A DNA stretch of 64,000 nt, taken from assembly GCA_049964755.1 (NCBI GenBank), contig JBMFWZ010000004.1, forward strand, positions 603 to 64,602, in the 5' to 3' direction. Positions 8,134 through 17,462 of this stretch are shown here, in pieces. The notes beneath the pieces were generated by a model. It was not told the origin of the DNA and did no database searches. It saw only the letters and a list, made by a program, of their open reading frames with translations. Source of the DNA: Steroidobacteraceae bacterium (GTDB lineage: Bacteria > Pseudomonadota > Gammaproteobacteria > Steroidobacterales > Steroidobacteraceae). The position numbers and the translations under genes were made by a program. Positions within the stretch are counted from its first letter, which is position 1. Every line of letters starts with the position of its first letter.

Positions 8134-9291
8134 ATGCTGCAGCGACTGGGTCGGGGCCTGACGTTCATCGCAGGATCCGTGGTGGGCGGATTGGCGCTCG
8201 CGTTCGTGATCGTGGCGCTGCACCCGAGCCTGATCCGCGCTGAGCGGCCCGCGCAGAGTGCCCTGGTGGCGCCGTCCGCCGCGCCCAGCTCCGGGACGCA
8301 GCGGCGCGAACCCCCGGTGCTCAGCTATGCCAGCGCGGTCGAGCGCGCGGCCCCGGCGGTGGTGAACATTTACACCGCCCGCCTGGTGACCGAGCAGGTC
8401 AACCCCTTCCCGTTCGGCAATTTCGGCGAACTGTTCGGCAACGTGTTGCCGCTGTACCGCCAGCGCATCGAGCGCACCCTGGGCTCAGGCGTGATCGTCG
8501 ACCGCCAGGGCCACATCGTCACGAACTACCACGTCATTGCCAATGCCGCCTCGATCCGCGTGCAGCTCGCCGACGGCCGTGTCGCCGTGCCGCGCATCGT
8601 CGGGGTGGATCCGGACACCGACCTTGCGGTGCTGCAGATCAGCCTGCCGCACCTGCCGGTCATTGCTTTCGGGCAATCGAGCCAGGTGCGCGTCGGGGAC
8701 ATCGTGCTCGCGATCGGCAACCCCCTCGGGCTCTCCCAGACGGTCACCCACGGGATCGTCAGCGCCACGGGGCGGGAGGACCTGGGCATCTCGGCATTCG
8801 ATGATTTCATCCAGACGGACGCGCCGATCAATTTCGGCAATTCCGGTGGCGCGCTGGTCAATTCCAATGGTCAGCTGATCGGCATCAACACCGCCATCGT
8901 GGCGAAGAACCTCGGCGTAGAGGGTATCGGCTTCGCGATCCCGGTCGACATGGTGCGGGGCGTCCTGCATGACATCATCAAGTACGGCAAGGTGATCCGC
9001 GGCTGGATCGGCATCGTGCCGGAGGATATCTCCAACACCCAGGCCCGTCAGGTCGGATTGCCGCGCGGCGGCGTGGTGATCGCGTACGTCTATGAAGGCA
9101 GTCCCGCACAGAAGGTCGGCCTGAAACCCGGTGACCTGCTGCTGAAACTCGGCGGCCAGGCGGTGCGCTCGGCCGAGCAGGCGCGCGTGGAAATCGCGCG
9201 GCGCAAACCCGGCTCGACGCTGAAGGTGCAGGTGCTGCGCGGACAGCAGACGCTGAAGCTGACACTGGCGGTCAAGCAGGGTCCCACCTGA
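8134..9291 (+). CDS. DegS/AlgW-type periplasmic serine endoprotease (S1C, single PDZ)
   Basis: Internal ATG at 8134 of ORF 7774..9291. N-terminal TM anchor, GSGVIVDRQGHIVTNYHV, DTDLAVLQI and GNSGGALVN (His/Asp/Ser triad), and one C-terminal PDZ domain. 385 aa. Confidence 0.85.
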   Translation: MLQRLGRGLTFIAGSVVGGLALAFVIVALHPSLIRAERPAQSALVAPSAAPSSGTQRREPPVLSYASAVERAAPAVVNIYTARLVTEQVNPFPFGNFGELFGNVLPLYRQRIERTLGSGVIVDRQGHIVTNYHVIANAASIRVQLADGRVAVPRIVGVDPDTDLAVLQISLPHLPVIAFGQSSQVRVGDIVLAIGNPLGLSQTVTHGIVSATGREDLGISAFDDFIQTDAPINFGNSGGALVNSNGQLIGINTAIVAKNLGVEGIGFAIPVDMVRGVLHDIIKYGKVIRGWIGIVPEDISNTQARQVGLPRGGVVIAYVYEGSPAQKVGLKPGDLLLKLGGQAVRSAEQARVEIARRKPGSTLKVQVLRGQQTLKLTLAVKQGPT

Positions 9292-9343
9292 GCGCAGCGA
9301 CGGGTTGCGGTACCATCGCCCCCCCAAGCACACAGGATGGCCC

Positions 9344-10054
9344 ATGCAGAACGTTCAGATTCGCAGATTCGCGACCCGGGCCGAGCTCGATGTGGCGCTC
9401 GCTGAGCGGCTCGAGAGCGCCATCACGGCCGCCGCGGCGGGCGGCGGGGCGGCCCTCATGCTCTCCGGGGGACACACGCCGCTACCGGCGTACCGGCTGC
9501 TCGCCTCGCGTCTGGCGCACCGCGGCGAGGCGCTGCGCGGCAAGCTGCACCTGCTGTTCTCCGATGATCGCTACGTGCCGGCCGACTCCGAGCAAAGCAA
9601 TTACCACGCCTCTCGGCCGCTGATCGATGCGCTCGCCCTCCCGGCCGAGCAGGTGCTGCGCGTGCGCACCGAGCTGCCCCTCGAGCAGGCCGCGCTCGAC
9701 TACGAGCAGCGCCTGCGCTCGTTGACGGATCAGGGGGTGACCGTGACGCTCGGCATGCTCGGTCTCGGCGCCGATGGCCACACTGCGTCGCTGTTTCGCA
9801 GCTCGGACCTCGAGCGAGCGCGCGGCCGGCTGGCCCTGGCGGTGAGCCGCCCCGACGGTCTCTCGGGCATCAGCGTGACACCGCAGTTCATCGCGGGCAT
9901 CGCGCGGCCGCTGTTCGTCGTCGCCGGCACGGGCAAGGAGCAGGCGATCGCCGGGCTCGAGCGGCGGGACGCGCAGGTCGTGGCGGTGCAGGCGGTCGCC
10001 GCCTGCCCGCAGATCGAATTATGGGTCGAGCAAGCGGCCGAACGGGGCGCTTGA
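9344..10054 (+). CDS. pgl: 6-phosphogluconolactonase
   Basis: Internal ATG of ORF 9305..10054. LMLSGGHTPLPAYRLL, LLFSDDRYVP and LGLGADGHTASLF are Pgl/NagB-superfamily motifs. Confidence 0.85.
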   Translation: MQNVQIRRFATRAELDVALAERLESAITAAAAGGGAALMLSGGHTPLPAYRLLASRLAHRGEALRGKLHLLFSDDRYVPADSEQSNYHASRPLIDALALPAEQVLRVRTELPLEQAALDYEQRLRSLTDQGVTVTLGMLGLGADGHTASLFRSSDLERARGRLALAVSRPDGLSGISVTPQFIAGIARPLFVVAGTGKEQAIAGLERRDAQVVAVQAVAACPQIELWVEQAAERGA

Positions 10055-10062
10055 AGCCCCCG

Positions 10063-10099
10063 CGTGGCATCGGGGCGCTGCAGGCGCCCCGATGCCACG
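10063..10099. terminator. Bidirectional hairpin between convergent pgl and the M16 peptidase gene
   Basis: cgtggcatcggggcgc / gcgccccgatgccacg forms a 16-bp perfect stem around a 5-nt loop, placed exactly between the two stop codons. No clear U-tract. Confidence 0.55.
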
Positions 10100-10110
10100 C
10101 CCACGGCGCG

Positions 10111-12774
10111 CTAGCGGGTCGGCGCCGGGCCCTTCACCGCCATCACGAAGGCATTCAGGCGGATCGCCTGGCGGAACGCCTGCTGCACTTGCGCGGCGGT
10201 GAGCGCGCGGTAGCGCCGCGCCGCAATCACGCTCTCATCGAGCGGCTCGCCGCGCGAGGCATAGCCGAGCAGCTGCTCGCCGATCGCATCGAAGCTCGAT
10301 TCCGACAGCGGCAGTCCGCGCAGTAAAATCCCCTTGGCCCGATCCAGATCGGTGCGCGGGATCACGCCGTGCTGCAAGCGCTTGAGGTCCTTCAGGACCA
10401 GCGTGCGTGCGGCGAACACGTGATCCGGATCGCAACCATAACTCACCGTGTACTGCCCCCGGTGCTGATCGAGCGAGAAGCCCGTGCTGACGTAGTACAC
10501 CAGGCCCGACTGCTCGCGCAGATCGTGGTAGAGCCACGAGGCGTAGAAGCCACCGCCCAAGATCTGGTTGCCGAGCCTGAGCGCGTACCGCTCAGGGCTG
10601 CGGCGCGTCACCGGGACCATCTCGGCGAGCTGCACGCTGTCTTGCACCGCGCTGCGGTCAGGGGTCTGCAGCCGACCGGGCGCATTCAGCGGCACCGGCG
10701 GGTAGTGGATCGCTGGCTTAGGACCTTGGGCGAGCCAGCCGCCGAAGGTCTTGCCCACCACCCAGAGCGCCTCGGCCGGAGTGACCTTGCCGACCACGAC
10801 GATCGTGGTCATGTCCGGCCGGTAGACGCGCTCGTAGTACGCCTTCACCTTCGAGAGCGTGAGTGAGAGCACGCTGCGCGGCGTCGGGTAGCGCAGCGAC
10901 GGATCGCGCGGCGGCACCAGCAGACGCTGCAGACCGATGTCGTTGAGGAATCCGGGCGAGTGGATCTCCCCGTGCCATTCACCGGCCTGCTCGCGCTGCA
11001 TGTAGAGGAACGCCTGCGGGCTGAGCGCCGGATGCAGCTCGTTGTCGGCGAGCAGCGTCATGCCACGCGCGAAGTATTTTGCCGGCACATCGAGCGAGAA
11101 CTCCGGCCCCCCGCTCTCGTGCGCGGTAATGGCATCGAGTGCCGCCTGGAACTGCAGCCGATTCAGATGTGCCGAGCCGAACTGGAACATCGCCTCGAGC
11201 ACGTCGCTCACGCCCTTCTGCCCGCGCGGGGACTCGAGATCGGAATTGGTGCGCACCAGACCGACGACCTGCACGGTGTTGCTCACCGATTCCGGCTGCA
11301 CCACGAGCTTCAGTCCGTTCGGCAGCGTGTCGCTCCAAGGATGCAGCTGCGTGCGTGGCACGGGCAGATGTGCGAACGCCCGCGCCGCCCACACCGGCAG
11401 CTTCACCGGCTTGCTCGGATTGGCGGCAAAGCTCTCCGGCCCGCCAAATCCCTTGCTCGCCACCGGCTGACCGGAGCTTTGCGGGGTGAGGATGGCCGTG
11501 AACGCGTGCGCGGGGTTGAAGATGCGCCGCGCCAACGAGTTGACCTCGGCGGGCGTGACCGCCTCGAGGGATGTTCTGATCGCCTCGGGCGAGGACAGCC
11601 CGTCGACCGCGAGCGCCTCGGACCATGCGCTCGCCAGTCCATTGACGGAGTTCTTGGCGAACTGCAGATCGGCAATGGCCTTGCGCTTGGCGGCCCGGAC
11701 CAGCGCAGCGCTCACCCCATGCTGCGCGGCGCGGGCCAGGATCGCCTGGACACGCGCCAGCACCGGAGCGGCCTTCCCGCCCCGGGGGAAGATGCCGACC
11801 GCTGCGCCGAAGCCGGCGCGCGGCAGATTCTCGGCGAAGAACGTTCCGTAGAGCGCGGTACCGTCCATGCCCATGCCGAACAGCGCCGCGCGCTTGGACG
11901 CGAGCGCATCGGCGAGCACCAGTGAGGCGGCGTAGTCCTTGCTGCGGATGCCGGGCATGCGGTAGACGACGTACACCGAGCCGTAAGGACTGTCCGTCGG
12001 CAGACGCAACGTCTTGGCCGTCACGGGACGGAAATGGTAGGCGGGACGGGGGGGTAAGACGCGGCGCGGAATCGCCCCGAACAGGTGCTTCACCTCGGCC
12101 AGCGTTGCCGCCGGATGGATGTCCCCGGCGATCACCAGAATGGCGTTATTGGGGGCATACCAGCGATCGTGGAAGCCCTTGAGCATCGCGGCGGTGGTCG
12201 CATTGAACGACGGCCGAGTCCCGAGCGGGGTATGCGCGTACGGGGTGCCGACGAACAGGTGCGCGACCATCTCGGTGTAGAACTTGAAGCTCGGGCTGGA
12301 CAGATCCCGGGCCACTTCCTGCTCGATCGCCCCGCGCTCGAGCGCCCACTGCTTCGGCGCCATGTCCACCGCCCGCATGCGGATCGAGGCGATGTGTAGC
12401 GCAACGTCGAGGTCATCGGCGGGCACCACGAAGAAGTACTTGGTGACGCTGTTGGTCGTCTCGGCGTCAAACGCCCCGCCCATATTGGCCGTGACTGCGG
12501 CGAGCTGATTGGCGCTGAGCCCCGGGCTGCCGCGGAACATCATGTGCTCGGTCGCGTGCGCCATCCCCGGGAAGCCCGGTGGCGCCTCGTCGGAGCCGAC
12601 CAGATAGTTCGTCTGCACGGACACCACGGGCGCGAGCGGATCGCGCACGATCATCACGCGAAGTCCATTGCCGAGGGTCGCGCGGGTCACCGCAGTTCCT
12701 CCGGCCGCCAGCGCCGGCCCGGCAGCGAGCACCGCCGCGAGCGCCATCCATCGCAACATCGTTCCCCACTTCAT
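10111..12774 (-). CDS. Secreted two-module M16 (pitrilysin/insulinase-family) zinc peptidase
   Basis: Start at MKWGTMLRWMALAAVLAAGPALA (signal peptide) inside ORF 10111..13371. The HATEH inverted zinc motif (HxxEH) sits in the first module, and a second M16 active/inactive pair follows. 887 aa. Confidence 0.85.
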   Translation of the reverse strand: MKWGTMLRWMALAAVLAAGPALAAGGTAVTRATLGNGLRVMIVRDPLAPVVSVQTNYLVGSDEAPPGFPGMAHATEHMMFRGSPGLSANQLAAVTANMGGAFDAETTNSVTKYFFVVPADDLDVALHIASIRMRAVDMAPKQWALERGAIEQEVARDLSSPSFKFYTEMVAHLFVGTPYAHTPLGTRPSFNATTAAMLKGFHDRWYAPNNAILVIAGDIHPAATLAEVKHLFGAIPRRVLPPRPAYHFRPVTAKTLRLPTDSPYGSVYVVYRMPGIRSKDYAASLVLADALASKRAALFGMGMDGTALYGTFFAENLPRAGFGAAVGIFPRGGKAAPVLARVQAILARAAQHGVSAALVRAAKRKAIADLQFAKNSVNGLASAWSEALAVDGLSSPEAIRTSLEAVTPAEVNSLARRIFNPAHAFTAILTPQSSGQPVASKGFGGPESFAANPSKPVKLPVWAARAFAHLPVPRTQLHPWSDTLPNGLKLVVQPESVSNTVQVVGLVRTNSDLESPRGQKGVSDVLEAMFQFGSAHLNRLQFQAALDAITAHESGGPEFSLDVPAKYFARGMTLLADNELHPALSPQAFLYMQREQAGEWHGEIHSPGFLNDIGLQRLLVPPRDPSLRYPTPRSVLSLTLSKVKAYYERVYRPDMTTIVVVGKVTPAEALWVVGKTFGGWLAQGPKPAIHYPPVPLNAPGRLQTPDRSAVQDSVQLAEMVPVTRRSPERYALRLGNQILGGGFYASWLYHDLREQSGLVYYVSTGFSLDQHRGQYTVSYGCDPDHVFAARTLVLKDLKRLQHGVIPRTDLDRAKGILLRGLPLSESSFDAIGEQLLGYASRGEPLDESVIAARRYRALTAAQVQQAFRQAIRLNAFVMAVKGPAPTR

Positions 12775-12968
12775 GCGTATCACCTCATGCTCCTGACCGA
12801 TCGGTGCCCCAACGCCCGTGCCGATTATTCCGCCACAGCGCCGAGTCTTAAGCCTACCGATCATACGCGCATCGGCGCACCGCGGAGACGGCGCGTAGCG
12901 ACTGTGATGCAGTGCGCCCCACCCTCCCAGGGGGCGCACCGGCGATGGCGCGGCGCAGGCGGCGCACC

Positions 12969-14450
12969 TTACGCCGACCCCAGGTACGGATGCGGCGCGC
13001 GCTGCAGCGCGCGCCAGCCGATACTGGCCACCGTGACCCACCCGAGATAACACAGCATCATGCCGGCGAGCAGGACACCCTGCAGTCCGGCGAGAACATG
13101 CCCGTCGGGGAACGTCGAGACATTCAAGCCACCGACCAAGACAATCTGTCCGACGGCCAGCATCACGCCATAGCCCCAGGGCGGGATCGCGATGCGTCCA
13201 AGGACCGCATAGATGACGGCCGTTTCCCCGAGCGGGGCCAGTGCCAGCACCCCCCCCAGCAGCAGCGTGCGCTGCAGCTGACGGGTTGCGAGCGCCTCGA
13301 TCAGCATGGCGGCGAGTATGAGCGGCAAGGGGCGCACAAGGCTGTGAGCCAGCAGCACCCGGCGCAGGCACCGGGACTGGGCCTCGGGTGCACCGCAGCG
13401 CGGCAGTAACGCCAGCAGCGCCCGCTCACCGCCGCGCAGCCCCCAACGCCGTTGCACCTGTGCGGCGCGCATCAGAGCGCCGATCATCACGGCAAGGCCG
13501 AGCGCAAAGATCGCCACGAGCTGCGCCACCGCGAGCAGCGTCGCTCGATCGACCGTGCGGATCAACATCGGCAGACCCAACAGCATGAGGGCCGCGAGCA
13601 GCACCGTCGGCCCGCCGAAGCGGCGCATGAGACAGCGAGTCGTCAGAGGCAGATACGCCCCACCGAGGGCCACACGCAGCGCGCGCGCCAGATCCGCCGG
13701 GCCCGCCGCGCGCAGCGCAACCTGCCGCGTCAACCAACGCGGCGGATCGGACGGGCCTGAGCGCCGACCATCGGACCCTGCGCAGCACGCCATGGACGCG
13801 ATGCCGCATCCGCGCAATGCCAAGGCGAGTCCGACGGAGCGATTCCACCACGGCAGGGGCTGCGGGCAGTGGCGCAATAAAGCCCCCCAGCGCCACCAGC
13901 TCAGCAGCAGCGCTGCCGTGACGAATAGGGCGCACGCCATCCCAAAATGGGGCTCTAGCGGCATCCAGGCGCCGCCGCCGAGACGCGCAGGCAAGGCGGA
14001 CTGCAGGGAGAACAGCAGCGCCCCGACCATCACCCACAGCACGGGCAACACGGCGTAGGCGACGCCCGCGACCAACGCGATCACCAGCATGTCGAAGATC
14101 GGCGCCGGGTGCGCGCTGAGCATCGTCAGGGGCACCGCTGTCAGTGCGAGCGCGAGCAGCCCATTTAACCAAACACTGCGACCGACCGCCACCGCCACGC
14201 CCGGCAGGCGCAGGCTTTGCGCCTCCCACGCGATGCGCACCATCGAGCCCAACAGAACGCCCACGCCCGCGAGCCACACCGCGACCACCATCGTCGCGGC
14301 CAGCCACCCATTCGGCCAGCGCGGCTGAACGACATGGACCAGTACGGTGGCCGCGATCCCGATCACCAGCGCGATCATCACGGCGGCACGAGCGCCGCGG
14401 GCCAGCAACGGCCCGCGCCACGGCAGCAGCCACACCGTGTGCCGGCTCAT
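12969..14450 (-). CDS. Large polytopic membrane protein, putative permease partner of the upstream ABC ATPase
   Basis: Internal Met MSRHTVWLLPW of ORF 12969..14636. About 493 aa with many hydrophobic segments. Its ATG overlaps the ATPase stop (ATGA at 14447..14450). I recognised no family motif. Confidence 0.6.
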   Translation of the reverse strand: MSRHTVWLLPWRGPLLARGARAAVMIALVIGIAATVLVHVVQPRWPNGWLAATMVVAVWLAGVGVLLGSMVRIAWEAQSLRLPGVAVAVGRSVWLNGLLALALTAVPLTMLSAHPAPIFDMLVIALVAGVAYAVLPVLWVMVGALLFSLQSALPARLGGGAWMPLEPHFGMACALFVTAALLLSWWRWGALLRHCPQPLPWWNRSVGLALALRGCGIASMACCAGSDGRRSGPSDPPRWLTRQVALRAAGPADLARALRVALGGAYLPLTTRCLMRRFGGPTVLLAALMLLGLPMLIRTVDRATLLAVAQLVAIFALGLAVMIGALMRAAQVQRRWGLRGGERALLALLPRCGAPEAQSRCLRRVLLAHSLVRPLPLILAAMLIEALATRQLQRTLLLGGVLALAPLGETAVIYAVLGRIAIPPWGYGVMLAVGQIVLVGGLNVSTFPDGHVLAGLQGVLLAGMMLCYLGWVTVASIGWRALQRAPHPYLGSA

Positions 14451-15328
14451 GCAACGATCTCCACAAACAGATCCTCGAGCCCGAGCGCATCGAGTCGCGC
14501 ACCAGCGAGCCGAACCAGTGCCGGCCAGTCCCCGTCCGGTTCCCGGCCGATGACGACCGTGACGCTGCCATCGGATTGTGCACGGCGGCTCAGGACCGCC
14601 GTGGGCGCCGCGCCGGCGTGTTGCGGCGGCAACCACAGCCGAGCGTAGCGCTCCTTGGTGTCATCCAGATCACAGTGCAGCAGCAGCCGACCGTCGTGCA
14701 GCAGGGCGATCTGGGAGGCGATGCGCTCCAGATCAGACACGATATGCGTCGAAAACAACACTGTGGAGCCCGCCTCACCGGCCAGCAGCGCCACCTCCCG
14801 CAGCAAGTCGCGGCGGGCGACTGGATCGAGCGCACCCGCCGGCTCATCGAGCACGAGCACCTGCGGACGGGCCGCGAGTGCGCGGATCAATTCGATCCGC
14901 TGGCGCTCCCCGGGGGAGAGTCTGCCGAGCGGCCGGTCCGCAGGAACATCCCAGCGCGAGAGCGTCGCGCGCACGAACTCGCCATCCCAGTGCGGGTAAA
15001 ACCGCCCCACCACATCCAACATCTGCGCCCCGGTGAGCCAGGGGTAGGCCTGCGGCTGCTGCGGTACGTAGGCCAGGCGCTCCTTGACCCGATCCGACAG
15101 CTTGAGCGCCGGCTCTCCGAGTACGAACGTACGACCACTACTCGGAACCAACAGGCCGACCAGCGCTTCGATCAGCGTGGACTTGCTGGCGCCGTTGCGT
15201 CCGATCAGTCCGAGCACGCTGCCCGGCGCGACCGCGAGGTCAACGCCGCGCAGCGCGCTGTGCGCCCCGTAGGTATGCCAGAGACTCTGCGCCACCAGCG
15301 GCGCGTTCATTGCGCTCGACTCGCACAT
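14447..15328 (-). CDS. ABC transporter ATP-binding protein
   Basis: 293 aa. Walker A variant GRNGASKST, signature LSPGERQR, Walker B VLVLDEP, and an H-loop STH. The start could instead be MNAPL at 15310. Confidence 0.85.
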   Translation of the reverse strand: MCESSAMNAPLVAQSLWHTYGAHSALRGVDLAVAPGSVLGLIGRNGASKSTLIEALVGLLVPSSGRTFVLGEPALKLSDRVKERLAYVPQQPQAYPWLTGAQMLDVVGRFYPHWDGEFVRATLSRWDVPADRPLGRLSPGERQRIELIRALAARPQVLVLDEPAGALDPVARRDLLREVALLAGEAGSTVLFSTHIVSDLERIASQIALLHDGRLLLHCDLDDTKERYARLWLPPQHAGAAPTAVLSRRAQSDGSVTVVIGREPDGDWPALVRLAGARLDALGLEDLFVEIVA

Positions 15329-15331
15329 GCC

Positions 15332-15715
15332 TCACTCTCCCAACAGCTTCCCCAGCCGCCGCAGCACCAGCTCGGCGGGCAATTCGAGTTCTTGGCTCTG
15401 GCGCGCCAGGGCCTCAAGGGACGCCTCGAGCAACGCCAGACGCTCGATCTGCGAGCGGGCGCGAACGCTCTGCGCGGCGACCACCATCCCCTTGCCGCGC
15501 AGCCGCTCGAGCAACCCTTCGGTCTCCGCCAGGCCATAGGCCCGCGAGACCGTCATCGGATTGATCGCATGCGCCGCGGCGACCTCGCGTACCGAGGGCA
15601 GCCGTTCCCCGGGAACAAGCTGACCTGCGGCGATCAGCCGACGCAGCTGCTCGAGAATCTGCCGGTAGATCGGCTCCGGCGCGCCCGGTTGAACCGTCAG
15701 TACCGATGCATCCAT
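15332..15715 (-). CDS. GntR-family transcriptional regulator, short YtrA-like subtype
   Basis: Internal Met of ORF 15332..15967. EPIYRQILEQLRRLIAAGQLVPGERLPSVREVAAAHAINPMTVSRAYGLAETEGLL is a GntR winged-HTH followed by a short helical tail. 127 aa, directly upstream of the ABC ATPase. Confidence 0.85.
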   Translation of the reverse strand: MDASVLTVQPGAPEPIYRQILEQLRRLIAAGQLVPGERLPSVREVAAAHAINPMTVSRAYGLAETEGLLERLRGKGMVVAAQSVRARSQIERLALLEASLEALARQSQELELPAELVLRRLGKLLGE

Positions 15716-15739
15716 GTGTATTAATATACCAATACACAT
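15714..15739. promoter_or_regulatory. Perfect 9-bp inverted repeat ATGTGTATT-N8-AATACACAT; candidate GntR/YtrA operator
   Basis: Read directly from the sequence. It overlaps the GntR start codon and lies in the divergent region shared with the SPFH gene. It is AT-rich in a GC-rich context. Confidence 0.5.
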
Positions 15740-15960
15740 GACCGGGAGCAAATCCCGCTGCGCGAGGGTAGCGCCGCGATGTTGCCCGCCCGTGACCCTC
15801 GCGTCGGGCGGCGATTGGATTACAATCGCACCGCCGCTGCAGAACAGGACCCTGGGCGCGAGCGGGAACACGACCCCGCAACAGAAGAACACCGCACGGT
15901 GCGCAGCGGTTCTCTGCAGCAAGCGCCGGACCGATACCCCCCTCATACAGGAGATGGACC

Positions 15961-16815
15961 ATGGCATTGACCCGACAGGTAGTCTCGACGCTCAATCCAG
16001 ACGGCACCGACGTGATGGGACCGAATGTCCTCGCGTTTCATTACCCGGACCAGAACCTGGTATCCGGCAGCCTCCTCACCGTGGAGGCCAATCACTTCGC
16101 AGTGCTCAAATCGCGCGGCGCGGTGCTCAACGTGTATGACACCGGGCAGTTCCCCATCCAGACACCCGACAAGCCGCTGCTCGGCAGTTTCGTGACCGGG
16201 TTCTTCGGCGGCCAATCGCCCTGGCAATACGAGGTGCTGTACGTCAACCGCGCCAAACTCCTGGTGCGCAGCGCCGGTCTGGCGACCTCGGCCGAGATGG
16301 CCGAGATGCAGTACCAGGTCGAGTACTACGTGCACGTTGACACCAAGGAAGGCGCTCTGAAGCTCGTGACGCACATGCCGTTCGCCAAGCACTTCATCTC
16401 CACCGATGAGGTGGCGAGCTACGCCGGCCCGGTGGTCGAGCAGGCCATCAACCAGGTCGTGCAGGTCACTCCGATGGAGAAGATCAACGAGCACATCCAC
16501 GAGATCGTCGAACTCGTCAAGCAGCACCTGGCGGACTTCCTCGGGGTATACGGCATCACGCTGAACGACGCCAAGGTTCTGATCCTGCCGAAGGACGAGC
16601 GGATGCGCGAGCTGATCTCGCTGCGCGCCTTTGGGCTCTCGGAGCTCGAGGCCGTGCGCTATTACGTCGCGCTGAAGATGGCCGAGAAGGGCTTGGTCTC
16701 GGCGCCGAACGTCGCCGTCGGCCAGCCGTTCTTCATCGGCGGGACCACCATGGGCACCTTCCCCGTCGGCAACGCGTTGCAGCCGACCGTGCCGGGCACG
16801 AAATCCGGCGCTTGA
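15961..16815 (+). CDS. SPFH/Band-7-like protein of the YdjI ('virion core protein-like') type, without a C-terminal zinc ribbon
   Basis: 284 aa. AGGAG lies 8 nt upstream. The N-terminal block LVSGSLLTVEANHFAVLKSRGAVLNVYDTGQFPIQTPDKPLLGSF...GGQSPWQYEVLYVNRAKL is collinear with B. subtilis YdjI-type SPFH proteins as I remember them. Confidence 0.65.
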   Translation: MALTRQVVSTLNPDGTDVMGPNVLAFHYPDQNLVSGSLLTVEANHFAVLKSRGAVLNVYDTGQFPIQTPDKPLLGSFVTGFFGGQSPWQYEVLYVNRAKLLVRSAGLATSAEMAEMQYQVEYYVHVDTKEGALKLVTHMPFAKHFISTDEVASYAGPVVEQAINQVVQVTPMEKINEHIHEIVELVKQHLADFLGVYGITLNDAKVLILPKDERMRELISLRAFGLSELEAVRYYVALKMAEKGLVSAPNVAVGQPFFIGGTTMGTFPVGNALQPTVPGTKSGA

Positions 16816-16882
16816 GCCTCACTCGGCTGCCGCGCACCGGGCGTGCACCGCGCCAGGTGCGCGGCAGCGTGGAGCTGCGACT

Positions 16883-17446
16883 ATGGAACTGAAAAGCACC
16901 CCCAACCCGATCGATGCGGCCGGCCCCGTCAAGCAGGTCCTCGCCAACCTGTTCTATGGCTGGGGCTACAACTTCTACCGCCGCGAGAACCAGCTGCGCG
17001 CCGATGATCTGTTGATCCGCGGCAAGCTGAGTGAGCTGCTCGGACAGTGCCGCGCGCACACCGCGACACTGGAGTCGGACTTCCGGCGCGAGCATCTGAC
17101 GCCGCCGACTCGGGAACATCCCTTTCCCGATGCCGCCGCGGTGAGCGCCGCACAGGCGCTCGAACGCGCTGTTCACAAGATCGAGACGCTCGAGACCGCC
17201 ATCCGCAACGCCCCGGTGCCCGAAATGGACCGCATCCACCAGCGGCATCGCACCGAGCGAAGCACGCTCGAGCAGTTGGTGAGCGCCGACAGCGACCTGG
17301 TGCTGGCGGTGGTGAACCTGCGCGATGGCGTACTCGCGCTCACTGACGGGGCGAGCGCCGCGGCGCAGCTCACGCAGTTGCTCGCCGCGCAGGACATCCA
17401 GGCGCTCTGGAGCCGGCGCGAACAGATTCTCTCAGTGCTGCAATGA
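16883..17446 (+). CDS. Hypothetical, predominantly helical protein (no family recognised)
   Basis: 187 aa ORF in the same orientation, between two SPFH-superfamily genes, with gaps of 67 and 16 nt. Amino-acid composition looks coding and is not the Arg/Pro-rich antisense type. Confidence 0.5.
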   Translation: MELKSTPNPIDAAGPVKQVLANLFYGWGYNFYRRENQLRADDLLIRGKLSELLGQCRAHTATLESDFRREHLTPPTREHPFPDAAAVSAAQALERAVHKIETLETAIRNAPVPEMDRIHQRHRTERSTLEQLVSADSDLVLAVVNLRDGVLALTDGASAAAQLTQLLAAQDIQALWSRREQILSVLQ

Positions 17447-17462
17447 ACCCGGAGACCTCCCG

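Noticed and set aside
7960-8243. ORFs 7960..8223 (-) and 7986..8243 (+) in the petB / DegS-type protease intergenic region, considered as possible Rieske protein candidates.
   Set aside because: They have no Cys-His cluster motifs and an Arg/Pro-rich composition, and they overlap the protease gene start. They are not credible coding sequences.
12775-13371. N-terminal extensions of track ORFs upstream of the chosen starts: the M16 peptidase 10111..13371, sspA 5082..6281, pyk 28532..30175, the small hypothetical 55949..57025, glnE 59732..62710, and the DegS-type protease 7774..9291.
   Set aside because: The extended parts are low-complexity Arg/Gly-rich sequence that overlaps neighbouring genes or promoters. 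Internal Met or Val codons give proteins of canonical length with proper signal peptides or N-terminal motifs.
15954-15956. An alternative ATG (MDHGIDPTG...) just upstream of the SPFH gene start.
   Set aside because: It is in a different frame, that of junk ORF 15714..16139, and yields an Arg-rich product. The ATG at 15961 has AGGAG at proper spacing and gives the SPFH-like sequence.
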